A DNA stretch of 32,000 bases from Wolbachia endosymbiont of Dirofilaria (Dirofilaria) immitis (GCF_013365455.1 NZ_CP046578.1:150001-182000); one strand, 5' to 3'. Positions 1 through 13,060 are shown, counted from the stretch's first letter. The notes: generated from the letters alone by a model not told the origin. Program-made: numbers and translations.

Positions 1-436
1 GGGTAGAAAGTATTTTAAACTAAATAAGATCTTCTTTCAAGATAAAGAAGTATATGTAGGAAGTAGAAACAGATTTTATAGAGGAGATTTGCTTATTTAG
101 GTAGAGAAACAGAAATAATAGAAAGTATAGTTTATATGTAAAGCTTTAAAATATAAATAGATAACATAAGTAGTACATGTTAATTTATGGTAAAGTATGA
201 AAGGTGTTTAAATGGTTGGTACTTATATTGGCTTGACGCAAAGTAATATGCTTCTAAGAAAATTAATTGGCATAGTAGCATATCAAAATGTGATTATCAG
301 AGTGTAGAGCTGACTGTGCTTTATAAAGCTACACAAATAATATTGACAATTGGTAAGAAGAAATTCTACCTGAAAGGTTTAGGATTAAAGCTATAGACAA
401 CTTCTTTTTTTTGTATATAACCTTAAGAGGCTTTAT

Positions 437-1960
437 GTGTACAAAGTGAAAAGAGCTTTAATATCAGTGTATGATAAGACAAATATAATTGATCTTGCAT
501 CATTTTTAGTACAGAGACAAATAAAGGTTCTTTCAACAGGAAATACTTATAAAATGCTATCTGATGCTGGAATAAAAATACAGGAAATCTCAGATTATAC
601 TCAATTTCCAGAGGTGCTAGATGGTAGAGTAAAGACTTTGCATCCTAAAGTTCATGGAGGGATACTTTGTGACCGAGAAAAGCATAGAGAGGAAATACAA
701 GGTCTAGGGATTGAGCCTATAGATCTTCTTATAATTAATCTATATCCGTTCTGGGAAACAGTAAGCAGCAGATCAAGTGAGAAGCAAATTATAGAACAAA
801 TTGATATTGGTGGAGTAGCACTGATTAGAGCTGCAGCAAAAAATTTTCATTTTACTTCGGTCATTTCTAGCATTCAAGATTATGAAACACTAAAAGTTGA
901 GATGATTGAGAACAATAATGAAACAACTTTAGAGTATAGAAAGCATCTAGCAACTAAAGCGTTTGCTCTTGCAGCATACTATGATTCTAATATTTATAGT
1001 TGGTTTTTATCACAGAGTAGAAGTAGTGAGTTGCCAGAGTTTTTTACTCTATATGGATATAAAGCACAAGGACTAAGGTATGGGGAGAATCCTCACCAAA
1101 AAGCTGCATTTTATAGCAATCAATTCACAAAATATCCGCTAAAAAAAGTGTGTGGAAAAGAATTGAGTTATAACAATATATTAGATGTAGAGTCTGCGCT
1201 TAACATAGTTTCTGAATTTGAAGAACCTACGGCAGTGATAATTAAGCATAATAACCCATGTGGTGTTGCTGTTGGTAATAGTGCTTTAGAAGCATATGAG
1301 AAAGCTTTGTCGTGTGATGAAATTAGTAGTTTCGGTGGTATAGTAGCTTTAAATCGTGCTATAGATTTAAAGCTAGCAGAGAAATTAAGTGAGATCTTTT
1401 TAGAAGTAGTGATAATGCCATCAGTAAATAGTGAAGCATTGAAAGTTTTACAAAAAAAGAAGAATTTAAGAGTGGTTATTTATGAATCCTTTCAACGAAA
1501 TGCAAAGTATCAAGTCAAAAACGTTGTAGGTGGTTTTTTAGTACAAGAGAGTAATAACTATACAATAAAAATGGAAGAGATGAGCCAAGTGACTAGGCAC
1601 ACCGCAACGAAAAAAGAAAAAGAAGATCTGATTTTTGCTTGGAAAATATGTAAACACGTGAAGTCCAATGCAATAGTTATAGCAAAAAGTGGATGTACTG
1701 TTGGTATTGGTGCAGGGCAAACAAGTAGAATAGACAGTGTAAACATTGCAGTAAAAAAAGCAGGTGAAAGATGTAAAGGTGCTGTACTTGCCTCAGATGC
1801 ATTTTTCCCGTTTCCAGATAGCATAATAGAAGGTGCAAAGCATGGGGTTACAGCTATAATTCAGCCTGGCGGTTCGCTCAAAGATCAAGATGTGATAGCA
1901 GCTGCAAATGAGAGTAAAATTGCCATGTTTTTTACTGGTATTCGTAGCTTCTTTCATTAG
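437..1960 (+). CDS. purH: Bifunctional AICAR formyltransferase / IMP cyclohydrolase
   Basis: Full-length 507-aa ORF with a GTG start. N-terminal MGS-like block (RALISVYDKT, LSTGNT, GRVKTLHPKVHGGIL). C-terminal AICARFT blocks (GENPHQ, KHNNPCG, GAGQTSRIDS, ASDAFFPF). Confidence 0.95.
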   Translation: MYKVKRALISVYDKTNIIDLASFLVQRQIKVLSTGNTYKMLSDAGIKIQEISDYTQFPEVLDGRVKTLHPKVHGGILCDREKHREEIQGLGIEPIDLLIINLYPFWETVSSRSSEKQIIEQIDIGGVALIRAAAKNFHFTSVISSIQDYETLKVEMIENNNETTLEYRKHLATKAFALAAYYDSNIYSWFLSQSRSSELPEFFTLYGYKAQGLRYGENPHQKAAFYSNQFTKYPLKKVCGKELSYNNILDVESALNIVSEFEEPTAVIIKHNNPCGVAVGNSALEAYEKALSCDEISSFGGIVALNRAIDLKLAEKLSEIFLEVVIMPSVNSEALKVLQKKKNLRVVIYESFQRNAKYQVKNVVGGFLVQESNNYTIKMEEMSQVTRHTATKKEKEDLIFAWKICKHVKSNAIVIAKSGCTVGIGAGQTSRIDSVNIAVKKAGERCKGAVLASDAFFPFPDSIIEGAKHGVTAIIQPGGSLKDQDVIAAANESKIAMFFTGIRSFFH

Positions 1961-1989
1961 GTTTTATATCTTATGCTAGGAATTTTCTT

Positions 1990-3620
1990 TTTATGCCATC
2001 ATAACTTTGTGAATATATATGATTCTTTACATCATCAATAATGCAGAGCTGTGCAATAGATCTACTGGATTTTGAGAAATGTAACCTATTTCTGTATTTA
2101 AATATATCAAGAAGTAATTTGAAGGATTTATCTTCAGCCATTATGCTTTTTGCATTGCTGTGTGCAGGATTAAGTGCTCTCTATTCTTAGATAAATCAGC
2201 AAATTTAAATTCCACGCATTCTGATTATTTTATGCCTAAAATATCTCCTCTACCTCTTAGTTGATTCAGTTGTGATAATCCAAATTACTCTACATTTTCT
2301 ATAATCATAATGGTTACATTCAGTATATCTATGCCGACTTCTGTCACAGTAGTTGCAGTAAGAAAAGCGAATTTACCTATTTTGAAAGAGAGTATAGTTT
2401 GATCTTTCTGCTTCTGGGTTAAGTTTCCTGTATATTATAACTATAACTCTATCAAGGAATGTTTTTTTAATTTATGAAAGCGCATATCTCTGCTGCAGTG
2501 ATATTTAGCTCCTCATTTCCTACTATGTATAGATGAATCCAATATGCTTTTTTGTCTCTATTTATAGTACCCTTGAGCCTTTCAATAATATCTAATATTT
2601 TCTTAGTATTTATAGTGGCAGTTTTTATTACTAATCTGGATTTTGATTTTTTCATTAAAGATAAACATTCAATATTGCCATATATAGCTTGTGACAAAGT
2701 TATTAAAATTGAAGTTGCAGTGACGAAAAGTATATTAGCATTTCTTCCTTTTTTTTGCTAAACTATTTCTCTGCATCACTCAAATCTGTGTTGTTCATTT
2801 ATAACTGTAAATCCCAGATTTTTAAATATAATATTGGCTTGAAGTAGTGCGTGAGTGCCAATCGCTATATTTAAATACCATTTATAAGTTCGTTCATGAT
2901 AATCTTTTTTTCTTAAGTGTAAGTCTAGTAAGTAGAGCAACCTTTATGTCAGTATAAGATAAAGCCTTTTCTTGAAAACTTCCGCTTCAGTTAATGAGCT
3001 TGGCTTGTGTAACTTTATGATACTTTCTCTCCAACTTAGCTATTTTTTTGTCTGATTAATTTGATATCTATCCACTTTGGCAAATTGGGTAGTTCTTTTG
3101 AATTAGAGCTTATTATATTCCTAATATCTTTATTGGTGATGTCACCACGACATAGTTGGCAAACCGGTTCTGTGCGAGCTATTTCTTTGAACAGGCTGAT
3201 GTTAAGTAATACATAATCTGCATGAGCGATTTACCAATGCTTGGCAAATTTTTCGAATTTTCTACTGATAATTACACTGGTTCTGATTGGAAATTAGTTT
3301 ATGTTAATATTTAATTAAATAGTTAAAAAAAAAGACTATGAGTGTACTATGTACTGGCTTTCACTTTCAACGACTATTTTGTATGGTCTGCCTCTAAGGG
3401 TAGGTGGCTGATGCTCACAAACTCTTGCCACGAAAGCTGTAAATTCTCTGGCTTAAGTATCAAGTGGTAGTTTGCTTCTATTTATATAACCGAATGGCTT
3501 ATAAAATAACAAGTCAATCACTTTATTTCCGCAACAGAGTTTGGGTAGTATTAAAGTTGTAATTTGTCTTTTGCTATTTTTAAAGGGATAAAAGATTAGC
3601 TAGTAGTAAATGAGATACAA
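1990..3620 (-). pseudogene. recG: Degraded ATP-dependent DNA helicase RecG (ends approximate)
   Basis: Minus-strand translation gives blocks collinear with RecG, broken by stops and frameshifts: VIDLLFYKPFGYIN (~3480-3521), ELPNLPKW / SIIKLHKP (~3000-3110) and GTHALLQANIIFKNLGFTVINEQHRFE then a stop at 2776-2778. ORF 2467-2697 follows (SRLVIKT...KKAYWIHLYIVGNEEL). Next is GNLTQKQKDQTILSFKIGKFAFLTATTVTEVGIDILNVTIMIIENVE then a stop at 2285-2287, and FGLSQLNQLRGRGDILGIK then a stop at 2225-2227, then SECVEFKFADL. The Walker A (GSGKT) segment is missing. About 1.6 kb remains, against about 2 kb expected. Confidence 0.82.
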
Positions 3621-3847
3621 TAAAGTAAAAGTTTGTTTGATGTTATTTAAGGAGTTTTTTTTAATTGATTAGAGTATTTTTGGCTATACTAATAATATAG
3701 AAATGAGAGAAGAGAAAGGTGTGTAATTATGATAAAAGGTGACTTTATTAAACTCTTAAAATAAAAAATACTTAAAAAAGTGTTAAATTGTCAATTAATA
3801 GTATCGAGGCTGCTGTACAGGACAAGTAGTAAAAAAACTGTACTAAG

Positions 3848-4735
3848 TCAAAGGGAGAGCGTAAATTTTTCTACGCAGTCGATTATTTCAGAATTTGGAA
3901 ATTGATTTTTAAACCAAGTGTACTGGCGCTTTGCATAACGTCTTGTATTTGTTTGGGCAATTTGTATTGCTTCGTTTAGAGTAATCTCACCTTTTAAGTA
4001 TTTTATAATTTCTGGTACTCCGTGTGCTTTCATAGCTGGCAAACATGAGTCTAGGTTCATGCTAAGTAGATTTTTTACTTCATCAATCGCTCCATTCTTG
4101 ACCATTGTAATAAAGCGGGAATTTATTTTTTGATATACGTCCTCGCGTTTAGGTAAAATTGTATATATCTTAAAATTATTGAGCAAAGGAGGCTGTCTAT
4201 TTTTTTGCCACGTGAGAATTGACTTACCAGTTTCAGTAATAACTTCAAGTGCTCTTGAAAGGCGATATGAATCGTTCATAAATATTTTACCTCTAATTTT
4301 TGGGTCTTTATTTAGCACTAATTTGTAAAACTCTTCTTTGCTTAAGTTTTTCCTGAACTCAATTACATTTTTTCTTACTTCTTTACTTATTTGTGGAGTT
4401 GATGATAAGCCTTTGATCAAACTGCTGATATAAAGACCGCTTCCTCCAGTGATGATGGGTACTTGCAAATTTTCTAGTGTATTATTGATTTCCTTTTTTA
4501 AATCTTTTAGCCATAAACCCACGGAATAGTTTTCTCTTGCTGAAACATATCCATACAATTTATAAGGTTTTTCTTGTTTCGATGGCTGAGCGGTAATTAT
4601 GGGAATTTCTTTATATACCTGCTTTGAGTCACAGTTTATTATTCTAATGTCTAAATATTCTTTCGTTAGATTATTGCATAATTCTGATTTGCCTGAAGCT
4701 GTAATTCCTGTAATAATTATTATACTATCTCTCAT
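3848..4735 (-). CDS. miaA: tRNA dimethylallyltransferase
   Basis: 295-aa ORF with an N-terminal P-loop (ITGITASGKS). It also has the typical MiaA blocks (QVYKEIPIITAQP, ITGGSGLY, RRYAKRQYTWF). Confidence 0.93.
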   Translation of the reverse strand: MRDSIIIITGITASGKSELCNNLTKEYLDIRIINCDSKQVYKEIPIITAQPSKQEKPYKLYGYVSARENYSVGLWLKDLKKEINNTLENLQVPIITGGSGLYISSLIKGLSSTPQISKEVRKNVIEFRKNLSKEEFYKLVLNKDPKIRGKIFMNDSYRLSRALEVITETGKSILTWQKNRQPPLLNNFKIYTILPKREDVYQKINSRFITMVKNGAIDEVKNLLSMNLDSCLPAMKAHGVPEIIKYLKGEITLNEAIQIAQTNTRRYAKRQYTWFKNQFPNSEIIDCVEKFTLSL

Positions 4736-4809
4736 TTATTTAATTTAACTAACATGTAATAGAGTGTGGTAAAAATTTGGATTCTATAATCTAAAGTTCG
4801 GAGACTTTT

Positions 4810-5280
4810 ATGGCAGGGAACAACGATAATAATTCATTTACTAAGCGTTTTTCAAATAGGACTTCTGGTCACGCAGGGGAAAGTTTTTTTAATAGATATT
4901 TATCTCAAAACACAAAGGAACGTGTGTTAGGAGAAAAAGGAAAAATCTCTGAATTAGCGAACAGAAAAACTGAATCTAATCAAGCTTTTTCCGAAAGTAG
5001 CGGCATAAAAAGCAAGAGTAGAACTTTCAATAAGAGATCCTTTGTTGATGTAACAAGAAGAAGTAGATCAGATCTCATATATCTAGTTCGTGGTAAAGAT
5101 CGTGGAAGGTCAGCATGGCACTATGTATTAATTGATAAAGATAAGAGGGAAATGTTTCTTGCAAAAAGCAGAACTGGTTCTATGGATGTTGCAGATTATG
5201 GAGAGATTTTATATTCAGGATGGGGAGAAAATCCACCACAGGGAATAGTTGATAAAATTAATGAAGAGTTTGGTCTGTAG
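4810..5280 (+). CDS. Hypothetical protein with a basic, low-complexity N-terminal half and a compact C-terminal domain
   Basis: 156-aa ORF with an ATG start, divergent from miaA. Its purine-rich coding strand matches neighbouring real genes. The C-terminal segment (SAWHYVLIDKDKREMFLAKSRTGSMDVADYGEILYSGWGENPP) looks like a folded domain. I do not recognise a named family. Confidence 0.6.
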   Translation: MAGNNDNNSFTKRFSNRTSGHAGESFFNRYLSQNTKERVLGEKGKISELANRKTESNQAFSESSGIKSKSRTFNKRSFVDVTRRSRSDLIYLVRGKDRGRSAWHYVLIDKDKREMFLAKSRTGSMDVADYGEILYSGWGENPPQGIVDKINEEFGL

Positions 5281-5486
5281 TAAGTTTGCTGTAGGCTTTG
5301 TATAGCTTTTTATATAATAACTAAGTGTAAGGTGTAACATAACATAAAAAGTTTAAGTATTATGGTGCTCCTATCATCTTAATCTATACAGGATGATCTG
5401 CTTTAGGTAGAAAGTTAACGAAATTTATCAAGTATTTGTTTAATTGCTCAAGTCTAGAAGACTTAAATTTGTTTTTATGAGGTTGC

Positions 5487-7226
5487 TCAATTAATGGTCA
5501 GTACATCTTCTATTAAAAACTGTATAAATTCATTCCCATTCCAGTAACTCATGAAGATTTTGCCTAAAACAGCTTTAACATTGCCCTGTATGATAGCAGA
5601 ACCAAGATGAGTATTTACAGAACGAAACGCAATAGCTCTGACCATGGCATCATTATCAACAATGAAGCATTTTATATGGTCAACTCCTACAATTTTAGGT
5701 TTTTTGATCTTTACTCCTTGGATAATGAATCTTGGCTCAGGATTACCAATACCGAATGGCTCTAAGCGTTGTAATTGATTCCATAGAGATAGGTTTATTG
5801 CTTTGACAGTTACTATACCATCAGCTTTCAAAACTTTATCATTTATGTGGTTTGTGAGCTTCTTAGTAAAAAAGTGACGTAGGTCATTTATTTTATCTTC
5901 TCTAATTAAAAAACCTGCTGCCATACTATGGCCACCACCTTCAATAATTAAATTCATATACTTTGCAGAAAGGATTGCAGCACCGATGTTGACTTCAGGA
6001 ATTGACCTGCAACTTGCTTTCCCTATTCCATTGCTTAGAGATATTACTATTGCTGGTAAGTGGAACTGCTCTTTTAACTTTGATGCAATTATGCCAATTA
6101 TTCCTTGATGCCAATTACCACTTACTATTATAAAATTTCTGCTTGAATAGGTAGATTTTTCCACTTGTGTTATAGCCTCTGAAAAAGCCTCATTTTCCAT
6201 CATCTTTCTTGTATTATTTAAATTTATTAATTTTAATGCAATGGAATGTGCTTCTTCTTCGTCATTTGTAGAGAGCAGCCTTGCACCTAGCGATGCTTCT
6301 CCAATTCTTCCTCCAGCATTTATGCATGGTCCAATATTAAAGCCCAACCGAGAAACACTTGGCTTTTCAATGATTCCTAACGCATCAGACAAAATGCGTA
6401 AGCCAACGTTTTTTCTTGTTGACATAACTTTTAATCCTTGTGAGACGAATGCTCTATTAAGGCCAGTAATCTGCATAGCATCACAAACAGTACCAAGAGC
6501 AACTAGATCTAGCAGATCAAATAAATTTGGTTCTTTTCTGTTAGTGAAAAATCCCTGTTCGCGTAGGCTCTTATTAAGAGCAACAACCATTAAAAATGAT
6601 ACTCCAACTGCTGCAAGGTCACTGTAAGGAGAGCTCTCATCAAGACGGTTTGGGTTAACAACTGCCACAGCGCTTGGTAGCTTTTCTACGCTAAGGTGAT
6701 GGTCAATAACTATAATATCAAGGCCAAAGTTTTTTGCATCTTTTATTGGCTGGTATGCAAGCGTGCCGCAATCAACTGAAATACATAAGTTAATGCCTTC
6801 ATTTTTAAGTTGTAATAAGGCATCTGAGTTTAATCCATAGCCCTCATTAATGCGATCTGGAATGTAAGTAATAGAGTATACACCAATCATTCTGAGATAT
6901 CTATTAATCAATGCTGATGATGTTGCGCCGTCGACATCGTAGTCACCAAATATTGCTATATTTTCATCATCATTTATTGCTTGTATTATGCGGTAAACAG
7001 CCTTATCCATGTCAAGGAGGTGAAATGGATCTGGTAGTAGTAATCTGATTAGTGGATACAGAAAATTGCCTGCATTTTCTATATTAACACCACGAGTGAC
7101 GAGTGTTCTTGCTAATGTTTCTGGTAATTCAAACTTCTGGATTAGGGTTAAGACTTCTCTTTGGTCAGCTTCTTGCAACTTCCATAATACGTTTGTTATG
7201 CTGCGCTTTTCGATATCAAATAGCAT
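5487..7226 (-). CDS. recJ: Single-stranded-DNA-specific exonuclease RecJ
   Basis: 579-aa ORF with DHH-family motifs (FGDYDVDGATS, VDCGT, IVIDHH) and a DHHA1 block (GGGHSMAAG). Confidence 0.93.
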   Translation of the reverse strand: MLFDIEKRSITNVLWKLQEADQREVLTLIQKFELPETLARTLVTRGVNIENAGNFLYPLIRLLLPDPFHLLDMDKAVYRIIQAINDDENIAIFGDYDVDGATSSALINRYLRMIGVYSITYIPDRINEGYGLNSDALLQLKNEGINLCISVDCGTLAYQPIKDAKNFGLDIIVIDHHLSVEKLPSAVAVVNPNRLDESSPYSDLAAVGVSFLMVVALNKSLREQGFFTNRKEPNLFDLLDLVALGTVCDAMQITGLNRAFVSQGLKVMSTRKNVGLRILSDALGIIEKPSVSRLGFNIGPCINAGGRIGEASLGARLLSTNDEEEAHSIALKLINLNNTRKMMENEAFSEAITQVEKSTYSSRNFIIVSGNWHQGIIGIIASKLKEQFHLPAIVISLSNGIGKASCRSIPEVNIGAAILSAKYMNLIIEGGGHSMAAGFLIREDKINDLRHFFTKKLTNHINDKVLKADGIVTVKAINLSLWNQLQRLEPFGIGNPEPRFIIQGVKIKKPKIVGVDHIKCFIVDNDAMVRAIAFRSVNTHLGSAIIQGNVKAVLGKIFMSYWNGNEFIQFLIEDVLTIN

Positions 7227-7365
7227 ATTTTTTGTAAATAAAACTACTTTACCAGAATTTTTGATTTTGCTCTATTGAAAGATGAGTTAACTATTTGTAA
7301 ATTAATTGCTTGCTGTTTGTAGAAATATTTGTATTACTTATAATGCTAGTTGATAAAGATTAACT

Positions 7366-7893
7366 ATGGAACTTAATAAAGTTGCAGCATCCATTCTTCT
7401 TTCTGGGCTTATGATTATGATAGTCAGTAACGTAGTTGATGTGCTTTATAGTCCAGAGAAATATGAGGTTGAACACCAAACGATAGTAACTGCTGGTGGC
7501 AGTGAACTTCAACAAAAGATCGAGCAAATAGCGCTTGATATTGGTGCTCTCATGCAGAATGCCAGCTTTGAGAAAGGTAAATTAGCTGTAAAGAAGTGTA
7601 TAGCTTGTCATAGTTTTGAGAAAGGTGGGTTTAATAGGGTAGGGCCGAATTTATGGAATGTAGTTGGAAATGAAAAAGCCCACCTTGGTAACGCATTTAA
7701 TTACTCAAAGGCAATGCTCGAAAAGGGTGGGAAGTGGGGATATGAAGAATTATTTGTCTTTTTAAAGAATCCGCAAGCTTATATAAAAGGGACACGCATG
7801 GCGTTTGCAGGTATTTCTAATCCACAAGAAATAGCTGACTTAGTCAGCTATTTACGGCTATTAAGCGATAGTCCAGTTGATTTGCCGAAATAA
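7366..7893 (+). CDS. Membrane-anchored class I cytochrome c (CycM-like)
   Basis: 175-aa ORF with an N-terminal hydrophobic anchor (AASILLSGLMIMIVSNVV). It has the heme-binding motif CIACH and a distal Met region (GTRMAFAG). Confidence 0.85.
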   Translation: MELNKVAASILLSGLMIMIVSNVVDVLYSPEKYEVEHQTIVTAGGSELQQKIEQIALDIGALMQNASFEKGKLAVKKCIACHSFEKGGFNRVGPNLWNVVGNEKAHLGNAFNYSKAMLEKGGKWGYEELFVFLKNPQAYIKGTRMAFAGISNPQEIADLVSYLRLLSDSPVDLPK

Positions 7894-7896
7894 TAT

Positions 7897-8649
7897 ATGG
7901 ATTATTATAAGTTATTTGATGAAAATGGTAGGTATATAGCATATCGGAAGCTACAGGGGGTAAGAGCTTCTATAATCTTTTTTAGTGGGTTTGCGTCTAA
8001 TATGAATGGGACTAAAGCAACTGCTATTTATAGATTTTGCCAAGAAAATAATGTGGAACTTGTACTGTTTGATTATTTTGGTCATGGTTATTCAAGTGGT
8101 AATTTTATTGATTACACAGTAAGTGATTGGCGGAAAAATTGTGCTAGAGTCATTAGTGAGTTAACTAGCGGTAAACAGATAGTTATAGGTTCAAGTATGG
8201 GTGGGTGGCTGATGTTGCTTACTGTTCTTCAATTTCCAGAAAGGATTTCAGCATTAATTGGTATATCATCTGCTCCTGATTTTACTGAAGATTTAATATT
8301 CAGGCAGTTATCAGGCAAACAGAAAGAAGAGCTAGATTCTAAAGGTATAGTGGATTTTACTTCAGAGGGTTGTACATACAAAATAACCAAGAATTTGATA
8401 GAAGATGGTAGAAAGAACCTTCTTTTGAATAAAGAAAGGATAGATATAAGTTCTCCTGTGCGCTTGTTACATAGTATTAATGATAAAGATGTTCCTTATC
8501 AGACTTCATTAAATTTGGCTAAAAAAATTAAATCACTTGATGTTGAAGTACACTTGATTAAATCAGCAGAACATAATATGTCTGACAATCGTTCATTAGA
8601 AATTTTATTTCAGACCATTAGGGAATTTTGTTCACCGTATAGTGATTAG
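7897..8649 (+). CDS. Alpha/beta-fold hydrolase
   Basis: 250-aa ORF starting 3 nt after the cytochrome c stop. It has the nucleophile elbow GSSMGG, a late Asp (SINDKDV) and a His (SAEHNM), consistent with a Ser-Asp-His triad. Confidence 0.8.
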   Translation: MDYYKLFDENGRYIAYRKLQGVRASIIFFSGFASNMNGTKATAIYRFCQENNVELVLFDYFGHGYSSGNFIDYTVSDWRKNCARVISELTSGKQIVIGSSMGGWLMLLTVLQFPERISALIGISSAPDFTEDLIFRQLSGKQKEELDSKGIVDFTSEGCTYKITKNLIEDGRKNLLLNKERIDISSPVRLLHSINDKDVPYQTSLNLAKKIKSLDVEVHLIKSAEHNMSDNRSLEILFQTIREFCSPYSD

Positions 8650-9724
8650 AATAGTTCATATTTGCTGGATTTATTGGTGGGAGCTTTAATTGTATTAGTG
8701 TAATATTAATAAAAACTTGATGATAAGTCTTAGTGACATGCGTTTACATATTTGTAATCTTGTATTATGAAGGAAATAGAAGGGTATTATCCTTGGGAGT
8801 AAAAAGTGCAAGAGGAAAGCTAAGTTCAGAAGAACTTAAGGTTTTTATTATATATTGAATTTGCTTTCTGATATTGTAGGAGAAAGAAGTGATCAGAGTT
8901 GGCTAAGCACCCTTAGCCAAAAGTGGTTGAGGGATGAATCAAAAGAATTTAGTTCTTTTAAAGAAACTTTGATATGCATGATGGAGATTAATGTGTTCTT
9001 TTGTATACTGTGATTTGGGAGGATAATATTAAAGTTATAAGCTCTAATAAAATATTATAAATGAGGAATAAATTCTATAATAAAGAGTGTAAGATGCTTA
9101 TTATAGTACTGGAAATCAAAAGATTTATTAACATAATTATTACTAATAAGTAGGTTTTTCCTATTCTTTTTTTTCTTATATAAGTTCATTTGTACTTATC
9201 GGTAGTGGTTAAATTAGGTTAAAGGAAAGCTAATAGGAATTATAAAAAGAGCTATTGTGTAAAAATTTCTCTAAAATGGCTAAGAAAAACCTCAGTAACT
9301 TCTTTTAAAAAAAGAGTAAGAAAAGATTCATGATAGGTGCTGAAATTATTGTCTGAAGTATTGATGTATATTATGACTATATATAAAAGATCATTAGAAA
9401 ATGGTTAACGATTTAGTAATAAAGTAATTGATGAATAGGAAGGATAAGAATTAAAAATGTATGAATAATTTAATTTTACATAGAATTGAGAGGCTCGATG
9501 AAAAAGGTGAGCAAATTATATTTTAGCTATTTGCCTTAAAATATAAAGTGAGGTCCTATAATTATTTTGTTTAGTTTGTATGTTGAAGTAGTATGTAAAT
9601 TCACTTTGCATGAGTAATTTAGTATATTTTGTTTATGTATCACAGCTGAAAGTCTTTCTTTCGGCTTAAAAATGATTGCTAATCAGCATATGTAAATGTA
9701 ATATTAATTAATATTTATAAATAA

Positions 9725-12106
<2,382 letters not shown>

Positions 12107-12964
12107 CTTTCTTTTACTTTTGTTTATTAGTTCTGTACTATATCTCTTCATGGTAATCTTTTTTTGTTGGGATATGTAATGGTTAATGCGCTGTCTTTGC
12201 AGGTAATGTTCTATAATTTTACATCGTGCATAATGGCACCTTTATTTATTGTTTGTTTTTAGATTTAATCAATTAAATAAGGGGGAGGAAACATTAAATT
12301 GTATTAAAAAAGACCATTTAATTGGGGAATTACTTGCTATTGCTATGTATTTATTGGAAATCAATGCTTATTAGTCAGAAAATAACGAGGTTTACTAATT
12401 ATGATTAGAATTTGAGCATGGTAATATGCTTTGTTAAGCTTTAAATGGATTTGCATTAGTAGTATGATGCTAAGCGTTGATTTGAAGACTGATTAACTGA
12501 AACTGGAAACTTAGGTAGTGTTAAGTAGTAATGATATAAAAAAAGAAGATATTTTTTTTCAGAGAAGTGTAACATTTATGAGCGTCGGGATATTTTTTGT
12601 TTGCAGGGATTTTAGTCAAAAAAGATGAATCTGTACTTGAAAACTTATAGCAAAGTAGTAGTGTTAGATAAGTGGAGTTTATTGTTGAAGTCAGTTAAAT
12701 TCTTTAGGTCAACAATACGTGTAGAATTTAGGGTTATAGCGAAGGAGTATAAATATAAAGATAAAGTTAATTGTATTATTCACTGTGCTTTCATAGTAAA
12801 TTTTTGCCAGAGGTGAATATTTAATGTTAGCAGGTTATAATAAAATATTTCTAATAGGCAAAAGTAAGTTTAACAATACTGTAAATTTTGTGATGGGTCC
12901 TATATACTTAGTTTTTATGGCTGAACTTGCTTAGCGGCACAACTTTTAATATTATATAGTATAT

Positions 12965-13049
12965 GGAAAGGTGGCTGAGTGGTCTAAAGCACACGCTTGG
13001 AAAGCGTGCATATAAAAATATGTCGGGGGTTCGAATCCCCCCTTTTCCG
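12965..13049 (+). tRNA. tRNA-Ser (anticodon GGA), class II with long variable arm; no encoded CCA
   Basis: Acceptor stem GGAAAGG pairs with CTTTTCC (one G-U pair). The anticodon loop is TTGGAAA, flanked by the stem CACGC/GCGTG. The long variable arm is ATATAAAAATATGT. The T arm is GGGGG-TTCGAAT-CCCCC and the discriminator is G. Confidence 0.9.
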
Positions 13050-13060
13050 TATTACATTCA

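Noticed and set aside
1-130. Recurring GTAGAAA(C/G) and GTAGAGAAACAGA words in the purine-rich leader
   Set aside because: The copies are short and imperfect with no regular spacing, as expected by chance in A/G-rich sequence. They do not form a repeat array.
1538-1824. Two minus-strand ORFs (60 and 88 aa) inside purH
   Set aside because: They are fully antisense to a well-supported conserved gene. Their composition is low-complexity (Phe/Cys/Thr-rich), typical of shadow ORFs.
5450-5464. Hairpin AAGTCT-AGA-AGACTT followed by AAATTTGTTTTT, between the convergent hypothetical gene and recJ
   Set aside because: The stem is 6 bp and AT-rich with a 3-nt loop, and lies 170 nt past the + gene stop. 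It is possible but too weak to annotate as a terminator.
6241-7278. Plus-strand ORFs 6241-6627 and 7066-7278
   Set aside because: Both are antisense shadows of recJ, with no motifs and no plausible start context.
8901-8918. Perfect hairpin GGCTAAG-CACC-CTTAGCC
   Set aside because: There is no U-tract on either strand and it is not near a gene end. It is too short to call a terminator or a regulatory element.
12625-12816. 63-aa + strand ORF in the gyrB-tRNA spacer
   Set aside because: It is low-complexity (K/V/F/Y-rich), has no motif, and lies in a tract full of stops in the neighbouring frames. It is probably a chance ORF.
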